Source: Planctomycetota bacterium (GTDB lineage Bacteria; Planctomycetota; UBA8108; SXIK01). Taken from it: a DNA stretch of 64,000 bases. Numbering within the stretch: position 1 is the first letter of the stretch; every line of letters begins with the position of its first letter. Positions 47,672 to 57,600 of this stretch are shown piece by piece. The stretch is taken from positions 640,001-704,000 of the forward strand of contig OZ244999.1 in the NCBI GenBank assembly GCA_965223265.1. The letters run 5' to 3'. Both the position numbers and the translations under genes were made by a program. The notes under the pieces were generated by a model. That model was given only the letters and a program-made list of their open reading frames with translations, was not told where the DNA came from and made no database searches.

Positions 47672-47830
47672 CAGCCCGTTGAAAAAGTGCTTCGAGCCGA
47701 AAACTGGTCTCTTCACGCCCAGATCGACCGCGTCAATACTCGATAATCCCGAAGATTGCCTGCGTTTGCCGCGGCCGATCTGGACGCGAAGAGACCAGTT
47801 TTCGGCTCGAAGCACTTTTTCAACAGGCTG
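47672..47830. mobile_element. Non-autonomous hairpin MITE-like element (159 bp, ~63 bp inverted arms)
   Basis: Left arm CAGCCCGTTGAAAAAGTGCTTCGAGCCGAAAACTGGTCTCTTC is near-perfectly complementary to the right arm ending ...TTTTTCAACAGGCTG. No coding capacity. Ends resemble IS terminal repeats (inference). Confidence 0.75.
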
Positions 47831-47888
47831 CTAAGACGGAGTAGAAGCAGCTGCTCTACTGTCTCGAGTGAGGAGAAGGTCATAACCG

Positions 47889-49157
47889 GTGGCATTCGAG
47901 CAACGGCCTATGTACATCGCGGTGACTGGGGTGGGGTGTGTAACCCCGTGTGGCAACAACGTCGACGCCTCGTGGGAGGCGCTCGTCGCTGGACAATCGG
48001 GTGTAGATCGCATCACCCGATTTCCTACTGAAGGGCTCCCGGTTGGGATCGCGGCAGAGGTCCAGGGCTTCGACGCGAGCGTCTCCGGCCTCGAGCGCAA
48101 AGATGCCCGACGGCTCGCGAGCTATGTTCTCTACGCTCTCGTCGCTGCTCGCGAAGCTCTCGACCAAGCAGGCGTTCTGAACGCCGAGTTCGATCCACGG
48201 CGAGTCGGCAGCATTGTCGGCTCCGGAGTCGGTTGTTTAAGGCCCATCGAGCTTGAGGTCGACGTGCTTCGCAAGAAGGGGCCGCGGCGCGTCAATCCGC
48301 TTCTTGTTCCAAGCGGTACGCCGGAGGTCGCGCCGAGCGAGATCTGTCGACAGTACGGGTTCAAGGGGCCGTCGTTCGCGGTCTGCACAGCGTGCTCCTC
48401 GGGCAGCGATGCGATCATCGCAGGGGCGCGTTGCCTCATGGCGCGGGAGCTTGATGTGGTCGTCGTTGGCGGCACCGAGGATTGCATCTCGGAATTGTCG
48501 CTCGCTACGTTCGGCAATCTCGGGGCGCTTGCGAGTGAGCGCGAGGACCCGAAGACATCGTCGCGCCCGTTCGACAGGGACCGGAGCGGTTTTGTGATGG
48601 GGCAGGGCGCTGGGATTCTTGTTCTCGAGACGCTTGAGCACGCCGAGCAGCGGGGTGCTGAGGTGCTCGCTCTGCTCAGCGGTTACGGGCAGACGACCGA
48701 TGCCTATCATAAGACTGCACCGGACCCGTCCGGTGAGGAAGCTGCGCACGCGATGCAGATGGCGCTGGGGATGGCAGGCGTGTCGGCGGAAGAGATCGGA
48801 TACATCAACGCGCACGGGACCGGTACGCTCCAGAACGATCCCGTCGAGACTTTGGTGATTAGAAAGGCCCTCGGCAAACTAGCGGAGCGCATCCCTATCA
48901 GCTCGACGAAGTCGATGACAGGTCACATGATCGGTGCGGCGGGGGCCGTGGAAGCGATCATCGCGATTCTGGCCATGCGGTCTGGGCGGATTCCTCCGAC
49001 GATCAACCTCGACAACCCTGACCCGGCGTGCGACCTATTCTACGTACCCAATGCGGCGATCGAGGCTTCTGTCGAAACGTCGGTGTCCAACAGTTTTGGA
49101 TTCGGAGGACACAACTCCTGTCTGGTGTTTCAGTCACCGCAGTCCTTGCACCGTTGA
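47889..49157 (+). CDS. fabF: Beta-ketoacyl-ACP synthase II
   Basis: IAVTGVG, catalytic triad in TACSSG (Cys), INAHGTGT (His) and KSMTGHMIGAAG (His), plus SRPFDRDRSGFVMG and SNSFGFGGHN. Confidence 0.92.
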   Translation: MAFEQRPMYIAVTGVGCVTPCGNNVDASWEALVAGQSGVDRITRFPTEGLPVGIAAEVQGFDASVSGLERKDARRLASYVLYALVAAREALDQAGVLNAEFDPRRVGSIVGSGVGCLRPIELEVDVLRKKGPRRVNPLLVPSGTPEVAPSEICRQYGFKGPSFAVCTACSSGSDAIIAGARCLMARELDVVVVGGTEDCISELSLATFGNLGALASEREDPKTSSRPFDRDRSGFVMGQGAGILVLETLEHAEQRGAEVLALLSGYGQTTDAYHKTAPDPSGEEAAHAMQMALGMAGVSAEEIGYINAHGTGTLQNDPVETLVIRKALGKLAERIPISSTKSMTGHMIGAAGAVEAIIAILAMRSGRIPPTINLDNPDPACDLFYVPNAAIEASVETSVSNSFGFGGHNSCLVFQSPQSLHR

Positions 49158-49169
49158 GTCGTTTCCGAG

Positions 49170-50462
49170 GTGGAGAGAGGTTTGGCGCTGTACGGTACAT
49201 TGGCGATCTTCGTCAAGGAGCTACGCTCCCTGATTCGGGACCCGCACACGATCGTCCATTCCGTCCTGATTCCGCTTTTCTTGTACCCCGCGCTGCTGTG
49301 GTGTGTCATTCAGGGACTAGCATACGTCGGAGAAATCGCCGAGCGACAGGTCTCGCGTGTCAGGGTACTCGAGTCTGCTGAAGGGACCCGCGTCACGCAA
49401 GTACTCGCCGACGACGAGCGTTTTGACGTGTTGGGGGTGGGGGACGTCTCTGCCGTTTCGGACGAAGAAAGCGCCACTCTCGCACATCAGGAATTCATCC
49501 ACGACATAGCCGACGCATGGATTCTGGCGCGTCCTGCTGCCGCCGGTGACTCCGGTGGCGTCAAGAAGCCCGAGTTTGTTCTGCTCTGGACAAGTGCCCG
49601 TGATGCCTCCTTGCGAGCTAAGGAGCGGCTGGTTCGGATTCTGAACGACTACGACCGCGAGGAGCTCGCGAGATACGCGCGTGATGTAGGTGCGAAAGAG
49701 TCGTTTATCGTTCCTATCACGTCAAGTGATCGTGATCTTTCGACGGGGACGGAACGCGGCAACTATCTAGCATCGCTCATTCTGCCTCTTCTCATGTTGA
49801 TCATGATCGCCATCGGGGCACTTTACCCCGCGCTCGACGTTTCGGTCGGCGAGCGCGAGCGCGGCAGTCTCGAAACGACGCTCATTGCCCCTGTCGGACG
49901 CACTGCGACCGTCGTCGGCAAATACCTCGCGGTCGTCAGTTTTTCGCTGCTGGCCTTTTTGCTCAACTTTGTCAGCATGGCGCTCACGCTCCTTCACCTC
50001 GGCGCGTTGCTACGGACTACGGAAATCGGAATCAGTCTCTCCTCGTTCCTGATCATCTTTTGCGCTGCCCTTCTGTTGAGCGGTTTCTTTAGCGCCATCA
50101 TGATGCTGCTAGCGTTTCAAGCACGGACTTTCAAAGAAGGACAGTCCTACGTCATGTCCGTCTATATTCTTGCGGCAGTTCCGGCACTGCTCATGTCGCA
50201 GCCGGACATCGAATTCGGCGTGCGCATGGCGTGGATTCCGGTGGTGAATGTCGCGTTTCTGTTTCGCCAGGCGCTCAATGGCGCGCTCGTCTCAGAGGTC
50301 ACCTTGGTGACGCTCGGATCGACGTTTGTATACACCTCCGCAGTGATCGCACTTTCGGTTTGGTGTCTTCGCGGCACCCAACTCATAGCAGACAGTGCCG
50401 ATGCGCCACGAAGCGGATGGATCGATCGATGGTTTCAACGGCGAAAGGGGGCGTCGCGGTGA
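49170..50462 (+). CDS. ABC-2 type permease, NatB-like
   Basis: KEL..LIRD..T, P..LYP, extracytoplasmic loop, GERERGSLETTLIAPV.R...V.GK and ARTFKEGQSY. Confidence 0.85.
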   Translation: MERGLALYGTLAIFVKELRSLIRDPHTIVHSVLIPLFLYPALLWCVIQGLAYVGEIAERQVSRVRVLESAEGTRVTQVLADDERFDVLGVGDVSAVSDEESATLAHQEFIHDIADAWILARPAAAGDSGGVKKPEFVLLWTSARDASLRAKERLVRILNDYDREELARYARDVGAKESFIVPITSSDRDLSTGTERGNYLASLILPLLMLIMIAIGALYPALDVSVGERERGSLETTLIAPVGRTATVVGKYLAVVSFSLLAFLLNFVSMALTLLHLGALLRTTEIGISLSSFLIIFCAALLLSGFFSAIMMLLAFQARTFKEGQSYVMSVYILAAVPALLMSQPDIEFGVRMAWIPVVNVAFLFRQALNGALVSEVTLVTLGSTFVYTSAVIALSVWCLRGTQLIADSADAPRSGWIDRWFQRRKGASR

Positions 50463-51253
50463 GCGAAACCTCTGGTATCGAAGCTCAACATCTGCACAAG
50501 AACTTCCGCGACCCGAAGCGTGGAGAGATCGTCGCGGTCAACGACGTGAGCTTTCGTTGTGCGCCCGGCGAGATCTTTGGTTTGTTGGGACCTAACGGTG
50601 CCGGCAAGACGACGACGCTTAGGATGCTGTCGACGGTGCTCAAACCGTCTGCCGGTACCGCCTCGGTGGCTGGGTTCGATGTCGTCTCAGAGCCGCTTGC
50701 GGTGCGGCGTTCTATCGGCTTTCTGTCAGCAAACACCGGACTCTACGGGCGTTTGACAGCTCGCGAGACGCTCGAATATTTCGGCAAACTCCACGGCCTC
50801 CAAGGGGCGACCCTTCAGGCGAGATTAGACGAGTTGTTCGAGCTGTTCGGAATGAGAGATTTCACCGACGTGCGCTGCGAGAAACTATCGACCGGAATGC
50901 GTCAGAAAGTGTCGATTGCGCGGGCGATCGTTCACGATCCTTCCGTCTTGATTCTCGATGAGCCGACGCTCGGGCTCGATATCTTGGTGGCAAGCACGAT
51001 GATTAAGTTCATCGAACTGAGTCGCGAGCGGGGCAAGTGTATTCTCTTCTCGACGCACATCATGAGCGAAGTGGATCGACTTTGCGACCGAGTCGGGATC
51101 GTTCACGAAGGCCGCCTTTGCGCTGTTGGCTCGCTCGACGAATTGCGTGCGTTGACCGGCAAGCAGTACTTGGAAGAGATCTTCCTTGCGCTGGTTGCCG
51201 ATCCTAACCCAATGAGTTCGGAACCCGACGAAGAGGGGGCCGCGCGTGGTTGA
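50459..51253 (+). CDS. ABC transporter ATP-binding protein, NatA-like
   Basis: Walker A GPNGAGKTT, signature LSTGMRQK, Walker B ILDEPT and STH. GTG start overlaps the upstream stop (GTGA at 50459-50462). Confidence 0.92.
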   Translation: MSETSGIEAQHLHKNFRDPKRGEIVAVNDVSFRCAPGEIFGLLGPNGAGKTTTLRMLSTVLKPSAGTASVAGFDVVSEPLAVRRSIGFLSANTGLYGRLTARETLEYFGKLHGLQGATLQARLDELFELFGMRDFTDVRCEKLSTGMRQKVSIARAIVHDPSVLILDEPTLGLDILVASTMIKFIELSRERGKCILFSTHIMSEVDRLCDRVGIVHEGRLCAVGSLDELRALTGKQYLEEIFLALVADPNPMSSEPDEEGAARG

Positions 51254-53369
51254 CCGCTTCGCGAATGTGACTCGGACGATTTTCTTCAAGGATCTCAAAG
51301 AGTTGCTGCGGGATCGGCGAGCCGTAGTGTTCGCGTTCCTCGTGCCGCTTCTCCTCTACCCGATCCTGTTTTTTATCGTCTCCATCCTGCCGCGCGTTCG
51401 CAGTGCTGAACTAGAGAGTCTCCAGCTTGAAGTGGGTGTCACTGGGAATTTCCCTTACGCCAACCGTTTCCTTCAGCAGGAAGGTCTTCAAGTCAGCGAG
51501 TTTGAAGATCCAACCGCCGCGATTCGCAGCGAGACTTTGACCGTCGCGGTCGCATTTTATCGAGCCATCGAGAAGCAAGAGAGCGAGAACGAAAACCAAG
51601 ACGGAGCTGGCGCCGATGGTCCCGACGACACTCAGAGTCCCCAAGACTCAAGTGACGGAGACAATAGGAACTACGACGTGCCTCTCGAGGCTGTGTTGCG
51701 CGGCGAGATCAATTTGGCGGTCGAAGTTTCCTACCTTGGTACCTCTCGCAAGAGCTTCGAAGGACGGGAGAGAGTTGCTTCTGCTCTCAAGAGCCTACGG
51801 GAGAATCTTCTCACGATGCGTTTCTCGCCGTACGGCCATGATCGAGACCCTCTGCAATTGACGCATCGGATCGTGCGCGATGTTGCGACCAAAAGCGAAG
51901 CGGCAAGCGCGAAGTTTGGGCGTCTCCTGCCGGTCCTGGTTGTGCTGCTCTTGCTGACCGGAGGCTCGTTCGCTGCGATTGATCTCGTGGCTGGAGAGAA
52001 AGAGCGCGGCACCCTTGAAACGCTCTACCTCCATCCCGTGCCGACTGGCGCCATCGTTACGGCAAAGCTACTCGTCGTGTTGGCTACGTCGCTCGTCTCT
52101 GTCTCTCTCAACTACGCGGGCATGGTTGTTGGAGTCAAGTTGTGTAGTTGGCTGAGCCTCAACATTGAGGACCAAACCGCGTTTCCCGTTTTCGTCCCGC
52201 CGATCGGCGTGGCGCTGCAGATTCTGCTCCTTTTATTGCCGTTGGCGGTGTTCACAAGTTCACTTCTTCTGGCGGTCTCGACACGCTCCAACTCTTTTCG
52301 CGAGGCACAGACGTATCTGTTGCCGCTCACGCTCATTTGCATGGTCTGCATCGGACTCGGCTTGGCGCCGCAGCTCTCCTTGGCGAGCGTTGTCGCACTC
52401 GTACCGATCGCCAACGTTACGCTTGGAATGCGTGAAGCGCTGGAGGGGCGTCTCGAAGCGGTTCCTTACCTCGTGACCCTCGCCTTCTCGACTCTCTATG
52501 CGTGGTTGACGCTACGCTTCGCAGCCAAGCTTCTGCACCGGGAAGAGGTCGTCCTGGGGATCGAACCGCCGGTGGGAATGTTGCGGCAGGATCCGGAGCA
52601 TCGTGCGCGTCGTGTCCTTCTTTTCGGCTGTTTCGCCCTCCTTGGGGTTTACTACGTGGGACAACTCCTACAGAGTTGGAACTTGGTCGGTGGGCTCGCT
52701 CTGACGCTCTGGGTGGTCGTCCTCGCGCCACCGATCGCATATCTCATCTACTTTCAACTTCCAGTGCGGGAAGTCCTTGGCTGGAGAGCTACTCGGCTGC
52801 GCAACTATTTGTGGATGGTGCCGATCTCCCTCGGCACGACCGTCGTTGTGGTGGCTTACACGAGTCTGCAGCGGCGATTTTTGCCAATGCCGACCTTTGG
52901 CGCGGAACTTATCGCAGAGACGTTTCGCAATCTGGGCTACCCGTTAGCGATTCTGCTTGTTGCCGTTTCACCCGCTGTCTGCGAAGAGATCTTGTGGCGG
53001 GGTACGTTCCAAGGCGAGCTGTCGCAGCGCCAGCGTCCGCTGCGAACGGCGCTTGTCGTGGCGTTCTTTTTCGGACTCTTTCATCTGAGCATCGAGCGCC
53101 TCATTCCAACTGCGCTTGCCGGGTTTGCATTGGCAATGGTTCGCGAACGCTCGGGGTCGATCTTTCCAGCGATGATTCTTCACGGACTTTACAACTTCAC
53201 CGCGCTCACGTTGATTCATCACATGCCACCCGAACGAGAAGAGTCGCTGACGCGTCTCGCATCGCAGCCCCTCGTATGGGGGGGAGCCCTCGTGATCGTC
53301 GCCTTCGGGATTTCTCAGCTTCGCGGGCCGTTGGCTGCCGAGGGCGGAGGCCCAGATCGCACTGAATAG
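51246..53369 (+). CDS. NatB-like ABC permease fused to a CPBP (Abi/CAAX-type) intramembrane metalloprotease
   Basis: N-part: KELLRDRR and AGEKERGTLETL. C-part has the CPBP motifs EEILWRG, FGLFH and HGLYN. Confidence 0.88.
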   Translation: MVDRFANVTRTIFFKDLKELLRDRRAVVFAFLVPLLLYPILFFIVSILPRVRSAELESLQLEVGVTGNFPYANRFLQQEGLQVSEFEDPTAAIRSETLTVAVAFYRAIEKQESENENQDGAGADGPDDTQSPQDSSDGDNRNYDVPLEAVLRGEINLAVEVSYLGTSRKSFEGRERVASALKSLRENLLTMRFSPYGHDRDPLQLTHRIVRDVATKSEAASAKFGRLLPVLVVLLLLTGGSFAAIDLVAGEKERGTLETLYLHPVPTGAIVTAKLLVVLATSLVSVSLNYAGMVVGVKLCSWLSLNIEDQTAFPVFVPPIGVALQILLLLLPLAVFTSSLLLAVSTRSNSFREAQTYLLPLTLICMVCIGLGLAPQLSLASVVALVPIANVTLGMREALEGRLEAVPYLVTLAFSTLYAWLTLRFAAKLLHREEVVLGIEPPVGMLRQDPEHRARRVLLFGCFALLGVYYVGQLLQSWNLVGGLALTLWVVVLAPPIAYLIYFQLPVREVLGWRATRLRNYLWMVPISLGTTVVVVAYTSLQRRFLPMPTFGAELIAETFRNLGYPLAILLVAVSPAVCEEILWRGTFQGELSQRQRPLRTALVVAFFFGLFHLSIERLIPTALAGFALAMVRERSGSIFPAMILHGLYNFTALTLIHHMPPEREESLTRLASQPLVWGGALVIVAFGISQLRGPLAAEGGGPDRTE

Positions 53370-53602
53370 CGCGTGGGTGGGGAGCGTCAAAAGGGTGGAA
53401 ATCTTCAGCCGCAGCGGTTAATTTCAGACGTCTGCGACCGCCACCCTCAGGCAGATCGGCATCCGGCGTGTGAATCGTCGGAGGCAGCGACTCGCGACCA
53501 CCTGCCGGGTGCGCTCCGCAATCAGCCGCGGCAACGCTGCGATTCTCCATGCATCTACCTGACGACGAGCGAACCCGCCGAGCGCCAACCGAGGCCGAAA
53601 GC

Positions 53603-54025
53603 ATGCCAGCCCCCGATACCCACGAGACTCTGAGCACGGCGACTGCCCCAGCGGCTGCATCGGTTGCGTCGCCATCTGAGAGCCGCGCGGACACCGAGCG
53701 ACCAAATGGTAGCGTCGCCGCGGTCTCGGGTGTTGGGTTGGATGCGGCCATTGAGGCGGGAGCAGTCGAGCTCCGGATCGAGTTTTGCGAACCGAGCAAC
53801 TTCCGGCCGATTGTGCTGGCGCTTGTTCGCTTCTTGACTCAAGAAGCGAACATTTCGGTTCAGCTGGTGCCATCACGCGGCGGTGTGTTCGAGGTCGAGG
53901 TCGACGGACGGACGATTTTCTCGAAACGGGCGACCGCGCGCATTCCTGATCCGGATGAAGTGCGTTATCACGTCGTCCAAGCCGCTAAGCAGCGCGCTGC
54001 GCAGGGTGTCAAATCGGCGTCGTGA
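53603..54025 (+). CDS. Rdx family (SelT/SelW/SelH-like) protein with low-complexity N-terminal extension
   Basis: IEFCEPSNF.P and V.LVPS.GGVFEVEVDG..IFSK....RIPD..EV. Start is ATG 53603 (GAGG RBS) or ATG 53549. Confidence 0.8.
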   Translation: MPAPDTHETLSTATAPAAASVASPSESRADTERPNGSVAAVSGVGLDAAIEAGAVELRIEFCEPSNFRPIVLALVRFLTQEANISVQLVPSRGGVFEVEVDGRTIFSKRATARIPDPDEVRYHVVQAAKQRAAQGVKSAS

Positions 54026-54491
54026 CAAGTCGCCATGGGCCGGTTGGACGGGCGGCGCTTCCGACGGGGATGTAGCGTTTGACTTGGCGTCGTCGGTACT
54101 TTACTTTTTTCGAACTCGGCGTAGCGGGGTCCGTCGACGAGCCGTAAGATGGGCGACATGAATCCGTGAAATGAGCGGTAGAGGAAGTGTGAAGTCAGCG
54201 AGGTGTTCGCCTCGTGTACCTGGTCCCAGCGCGCCGGATGTACCTTGCCGGATGTAACTTGGCAGTAGCCTGGTGAATTCGCTGAGTGAGAGTGCGCGGA
54301 TCGAGTCGTCTTCGCGCGCATCTGTGGATTGACTGTTCTGCTGTTGCGTCTGAAGCTGTTCGAACGGACGCCCTGATCCTGAAGGGTCCGTGTGCAGCTG
54401 AGCGCAGGACCAGATCGTCGGTCCGGCGACTTCTGCAGCGCCGCTCCGCGGATGCGATTCGTTCCCGCCGATCTGCGCGGCGTGTCGCGAG

Positions 54492-54591
54492 GAACTCCGA
54501 TTGAGTTCAGCAGAATTCAACCGTGAACTCAGAACTGAGTTCAGGATTGGAATTCAGTTCATAATCGGAATTCAGTTGAGAATCGGAATTC
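54492..54591. promoter_or_regulatory. Array of GARYTC palindromes including a perfect inverted repeat and 3 x 18 bp direct repeats, upstream of the tandem CotH genes
   Basis: GA(A/G)(C/T)TC at 54492, 54503, 54513, 54525, 54537, 54550, 54568 and 54586. Palindrome TGAACTCAG-AA-CTGAGTTCA at 54524-54543. The regulatory role is inferred. Confidence 0.5.
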
Positions 54592-54613
54592 ATCGCGCCG
54601 CCGAAAAGGGGTC

Positions 54614-57600
54614 ATGAAGAGTCTCCTCCCTATGGCCGCGCCTATTCGACATCCTGCGACACGAGCAAAACGGACACGGTTGACCGCCGCTGTGTTGCTC
54701 CTGTTGACGTGTCCGTCGACAGACTCGCTGCACGCGTCCGTGGTCATCAGCGAAGTCCACTATCATCCGCCGGCGCCGCACGACGTCGCGGACGAGTTTG
54801 TCGAGCTCTACAACTCGGGACCAACCGTTGCCGATCTCAGCGGCTGGAGACTTGTGGGCGGTGTTGAGTACACCTTTCCGGATGGGGCGAGCATCGAGGC
54901 TGCAGGCTGCGTTATCGTGACTCGAACTACGGGAGCCGCCGACGAGCTTGGGGTGACAACCGTTGAGTCAGTGTTTGCGCACTACTCAGGGGCACTCGCG
55001 AACGATGACGATCACTTTGTGCTCGTCGATGCGCATGAGCGCTACGTCGATGACGTGGTCTACGGTGACCGCGGATTCTGGCCCGAAACGGCGGACGGGG
55101 GCGGAGATTCGCTTCAGCGTCAGTGCGTGGACGCAAGTGGTCGTAACGTGGCGAATTGGCTCGCGGCGCCACCGACGCCACTTGTTCACGTCGTCGGAGG
55201 TATTTGTCCGCCGCCCGAGCTTCCAACGCCGCGCCTCGTGATCAACGAGATTCATTACCATCCGTTCGGCAGCGACAGCGATCGACCGATTGGCGATGAC
55301 GGCGAGGTGGCTGAGTTCCTTGAGCTGAGGAACCCCAGCTCTTCGGCGCTCGACGTGGGTGGGTGGCGCTTGAGTGAGGGCGTCGAGTATGAGTTCCCCC
55401 CGCAGAGCGTCATTCCACCGGGCGGGTTCGTCGTGCTGGCACGCGATCCCGAGTCTCTGCGGGATAGCTTTGAGTTGCCACCCGACGTCGTCGTAGCGAA
55501 GTACGAAGGTCGACTTTCCAATCGCGGCGAGCGACTGACGGTTGTGGACGCGTCTGGCGACGTGGTCGAGAGCCTCCGCTATGACGACAGCGGTCAGTGG
55601 CCCTACATGGCGGACGGTTTCGGTCGAAGCCTCGAGCGCATCAGCGCCTTTGGTGCCAGTGGGGACCCGGTCAATTGGCGAGCCGGAGAGGTCGGCGAAC
55701 ATCGCTTTCGAACACTCTTCGGCGAGGGTCCCAAGAGCAACGGGTTTTCGCAGATCTTGATCTTGGCTCTGCCGGGAACCGGCGAGGCCATCATCGATGA
55801 GGTGGTTCTGCAGGATCTCAGCGACGGCGACCGTCGCAATCTCATCGTGAACGGTGGATTCGAAAGCGGTCTCGAGGGCTGGAGGCTGAGAGGGAGCGCG
55901 TCGAACTCGGTTTGGGATCCGGCGGCTGGTGTCGACGGAGGGGGAGCCCTTCGGCTTGTCGTTGATGGCCCCTGTTCATTTTCCCAGTGCGGTGTCAACG
56001 ACGCCGTGTCGATTCCGGTGTCGATTCCGTTCAATAGTCAGTCGACATTCCGGTTGACGCTCAGTGTCCGTTACGTCTCAGGAAGCCAAGAACTGTTTGC
56101 GGGTCTCTTCGATGGCGTCCAGGCGACAGTCACCCGCACCATGACGCCGGGCCGCACGAATGTCGTTGCCTCCGATGAAATCCCGCCGTCGGTTGACTAC
56201 GTCGGCCGCAGTCCACGACGTCCCACTTCGAGTGACAGGACCACCATCTCGGTCCGCGTCCGCGGCGATCCTACAGAAGTCACGCTGCACTACGCTCCCG
56301 GCGAGGCCGGCGACTTTGGTGTGCTGCAGCTCTTCGACGATGGTGCGCACGACGACCGCGACGCAGGAGATGGCGTTTTCGCCAACGAGATTCCCCCCTT
56401 CGAGCACAACACGCAGGTGCGTTATTGGGTGCAGGCAGCTCGCGGTCCCGTCGCGACCCAGTTTCCGCGCTCGAGTGTTTTCGCGGATCCACGTGGCGAC
56501 GAGTTGCGCGGCTACTACGTCAACGACCTGCAGGAGTCCGAATCGATTCCCACTTATCATCTCCTGATCGACGGCATTGACGGCAGCGATTGGGTCGCTG
56601 TCAACGACTTCCTTAGGTGCTCGGAGCTGAAGCGAGCATCGTTCGCCTTCGATGGAGAGCTCTATCCCGACATCGGGCTGCGGTGGCGAGGTAATACAGC
56701 GTGCGTCATCGACAAGCGAAACTTTAAAGTGCGGTTCAACAAGGCGCTCCCGTTTCGTAGTCTGCGTAAACTCAACTTCAACGGCCTTTGGACCGACAAA
56801 TCTCTTGTTCGTGAACGTCTGGCGTGGGATTTCATCGACCAGTTGGGGGCGCCTCAAATCCGTACGGAGTATGCACGCATACACGTCAGCGGCTCCTACT
56901 ATGGGCTGTATCTCTGCCTTGAACATCCGGATGAGCGATTTCTCCGACGCAACGGCCTGGATGTCTCCGGCAGCTTTTACAAAGCTCGGCAGCCGCCGCC
57001 GCGCCGCATAAACGAGCCTATTGAATCGGCGCTTTCGATCCAGCCGTCTGGAACCTACGATGCGAGGTGGGAAGAAGAGATCAACGAAGGCGGGGATTTT
57101 TCTGATGTCGAGTCGTTCGTCGTCTCCATGCACGCTGCCGCGCGATCGGTCGCCGATGTTACGTTTTTTCTCGACAACACGTTTCCCAACACGGTGATCG
57201 ATTTTCAGTTGACGCAGGTGCTGTTGAACAACATCGACAGCGCCATCAAGAACCATTTCCTCTACCACAGCCTCGAGCAAGGGCGTTGGGGTTTCTTTAC
57301 TTGGGATATGGATCTCGTGTTTGGCAAGTTCTTCCTCCGCGACGCGGCCGACATCGAAGCCGGCCGACAGACAGGCACACTCAACGACTTGATGCTGAGT
57401 GATTTGATGGGAGACCTGCGGCCGTTCTTCATGACGACGCTCGACGGCGATCGCGAGTTCAATTGGCTGGTGGAGTATTTCTTTACCGCAGGCGAAGGCT
57501 ACTTCCAGCGCGCCTATCTCGTAAGGCTTTGCCGGATTCTAGAGGAGAAGCTAAAGGAAACCTCCTATGCGCCGCAGCTCGATTCGCTCGCGAGTTTGTT

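Noticed and set aside
47889-49157. Type II PKS or ladderane-type biosynthetic cluster
   Set aside because: There is a single KAS II with an intact Cys-His-His triad, and no chain-length factor, ACP, radical SAM or tailoring genes nearby.
53780-53800. Selenocysteine recoding in the Rdx gene
   Set aside because: The expected Sec position is AGC (Ser), and there is no in-frame TGA.
54118-54135. c-di-GMP-I riboswitch (GTAGCGGGGT resembles its 3' part)
   Set aside because: The upstream GGCAAA..GAAA..GACGCAAA elements are absent.
54101-54520. 139 aa minus-strand ORF in the spacer before the CotH pair
   Set aside because: No recognisable motif, weak TTG start inside the repeat array and atypical composition. 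I cannot support it from sequence alone.
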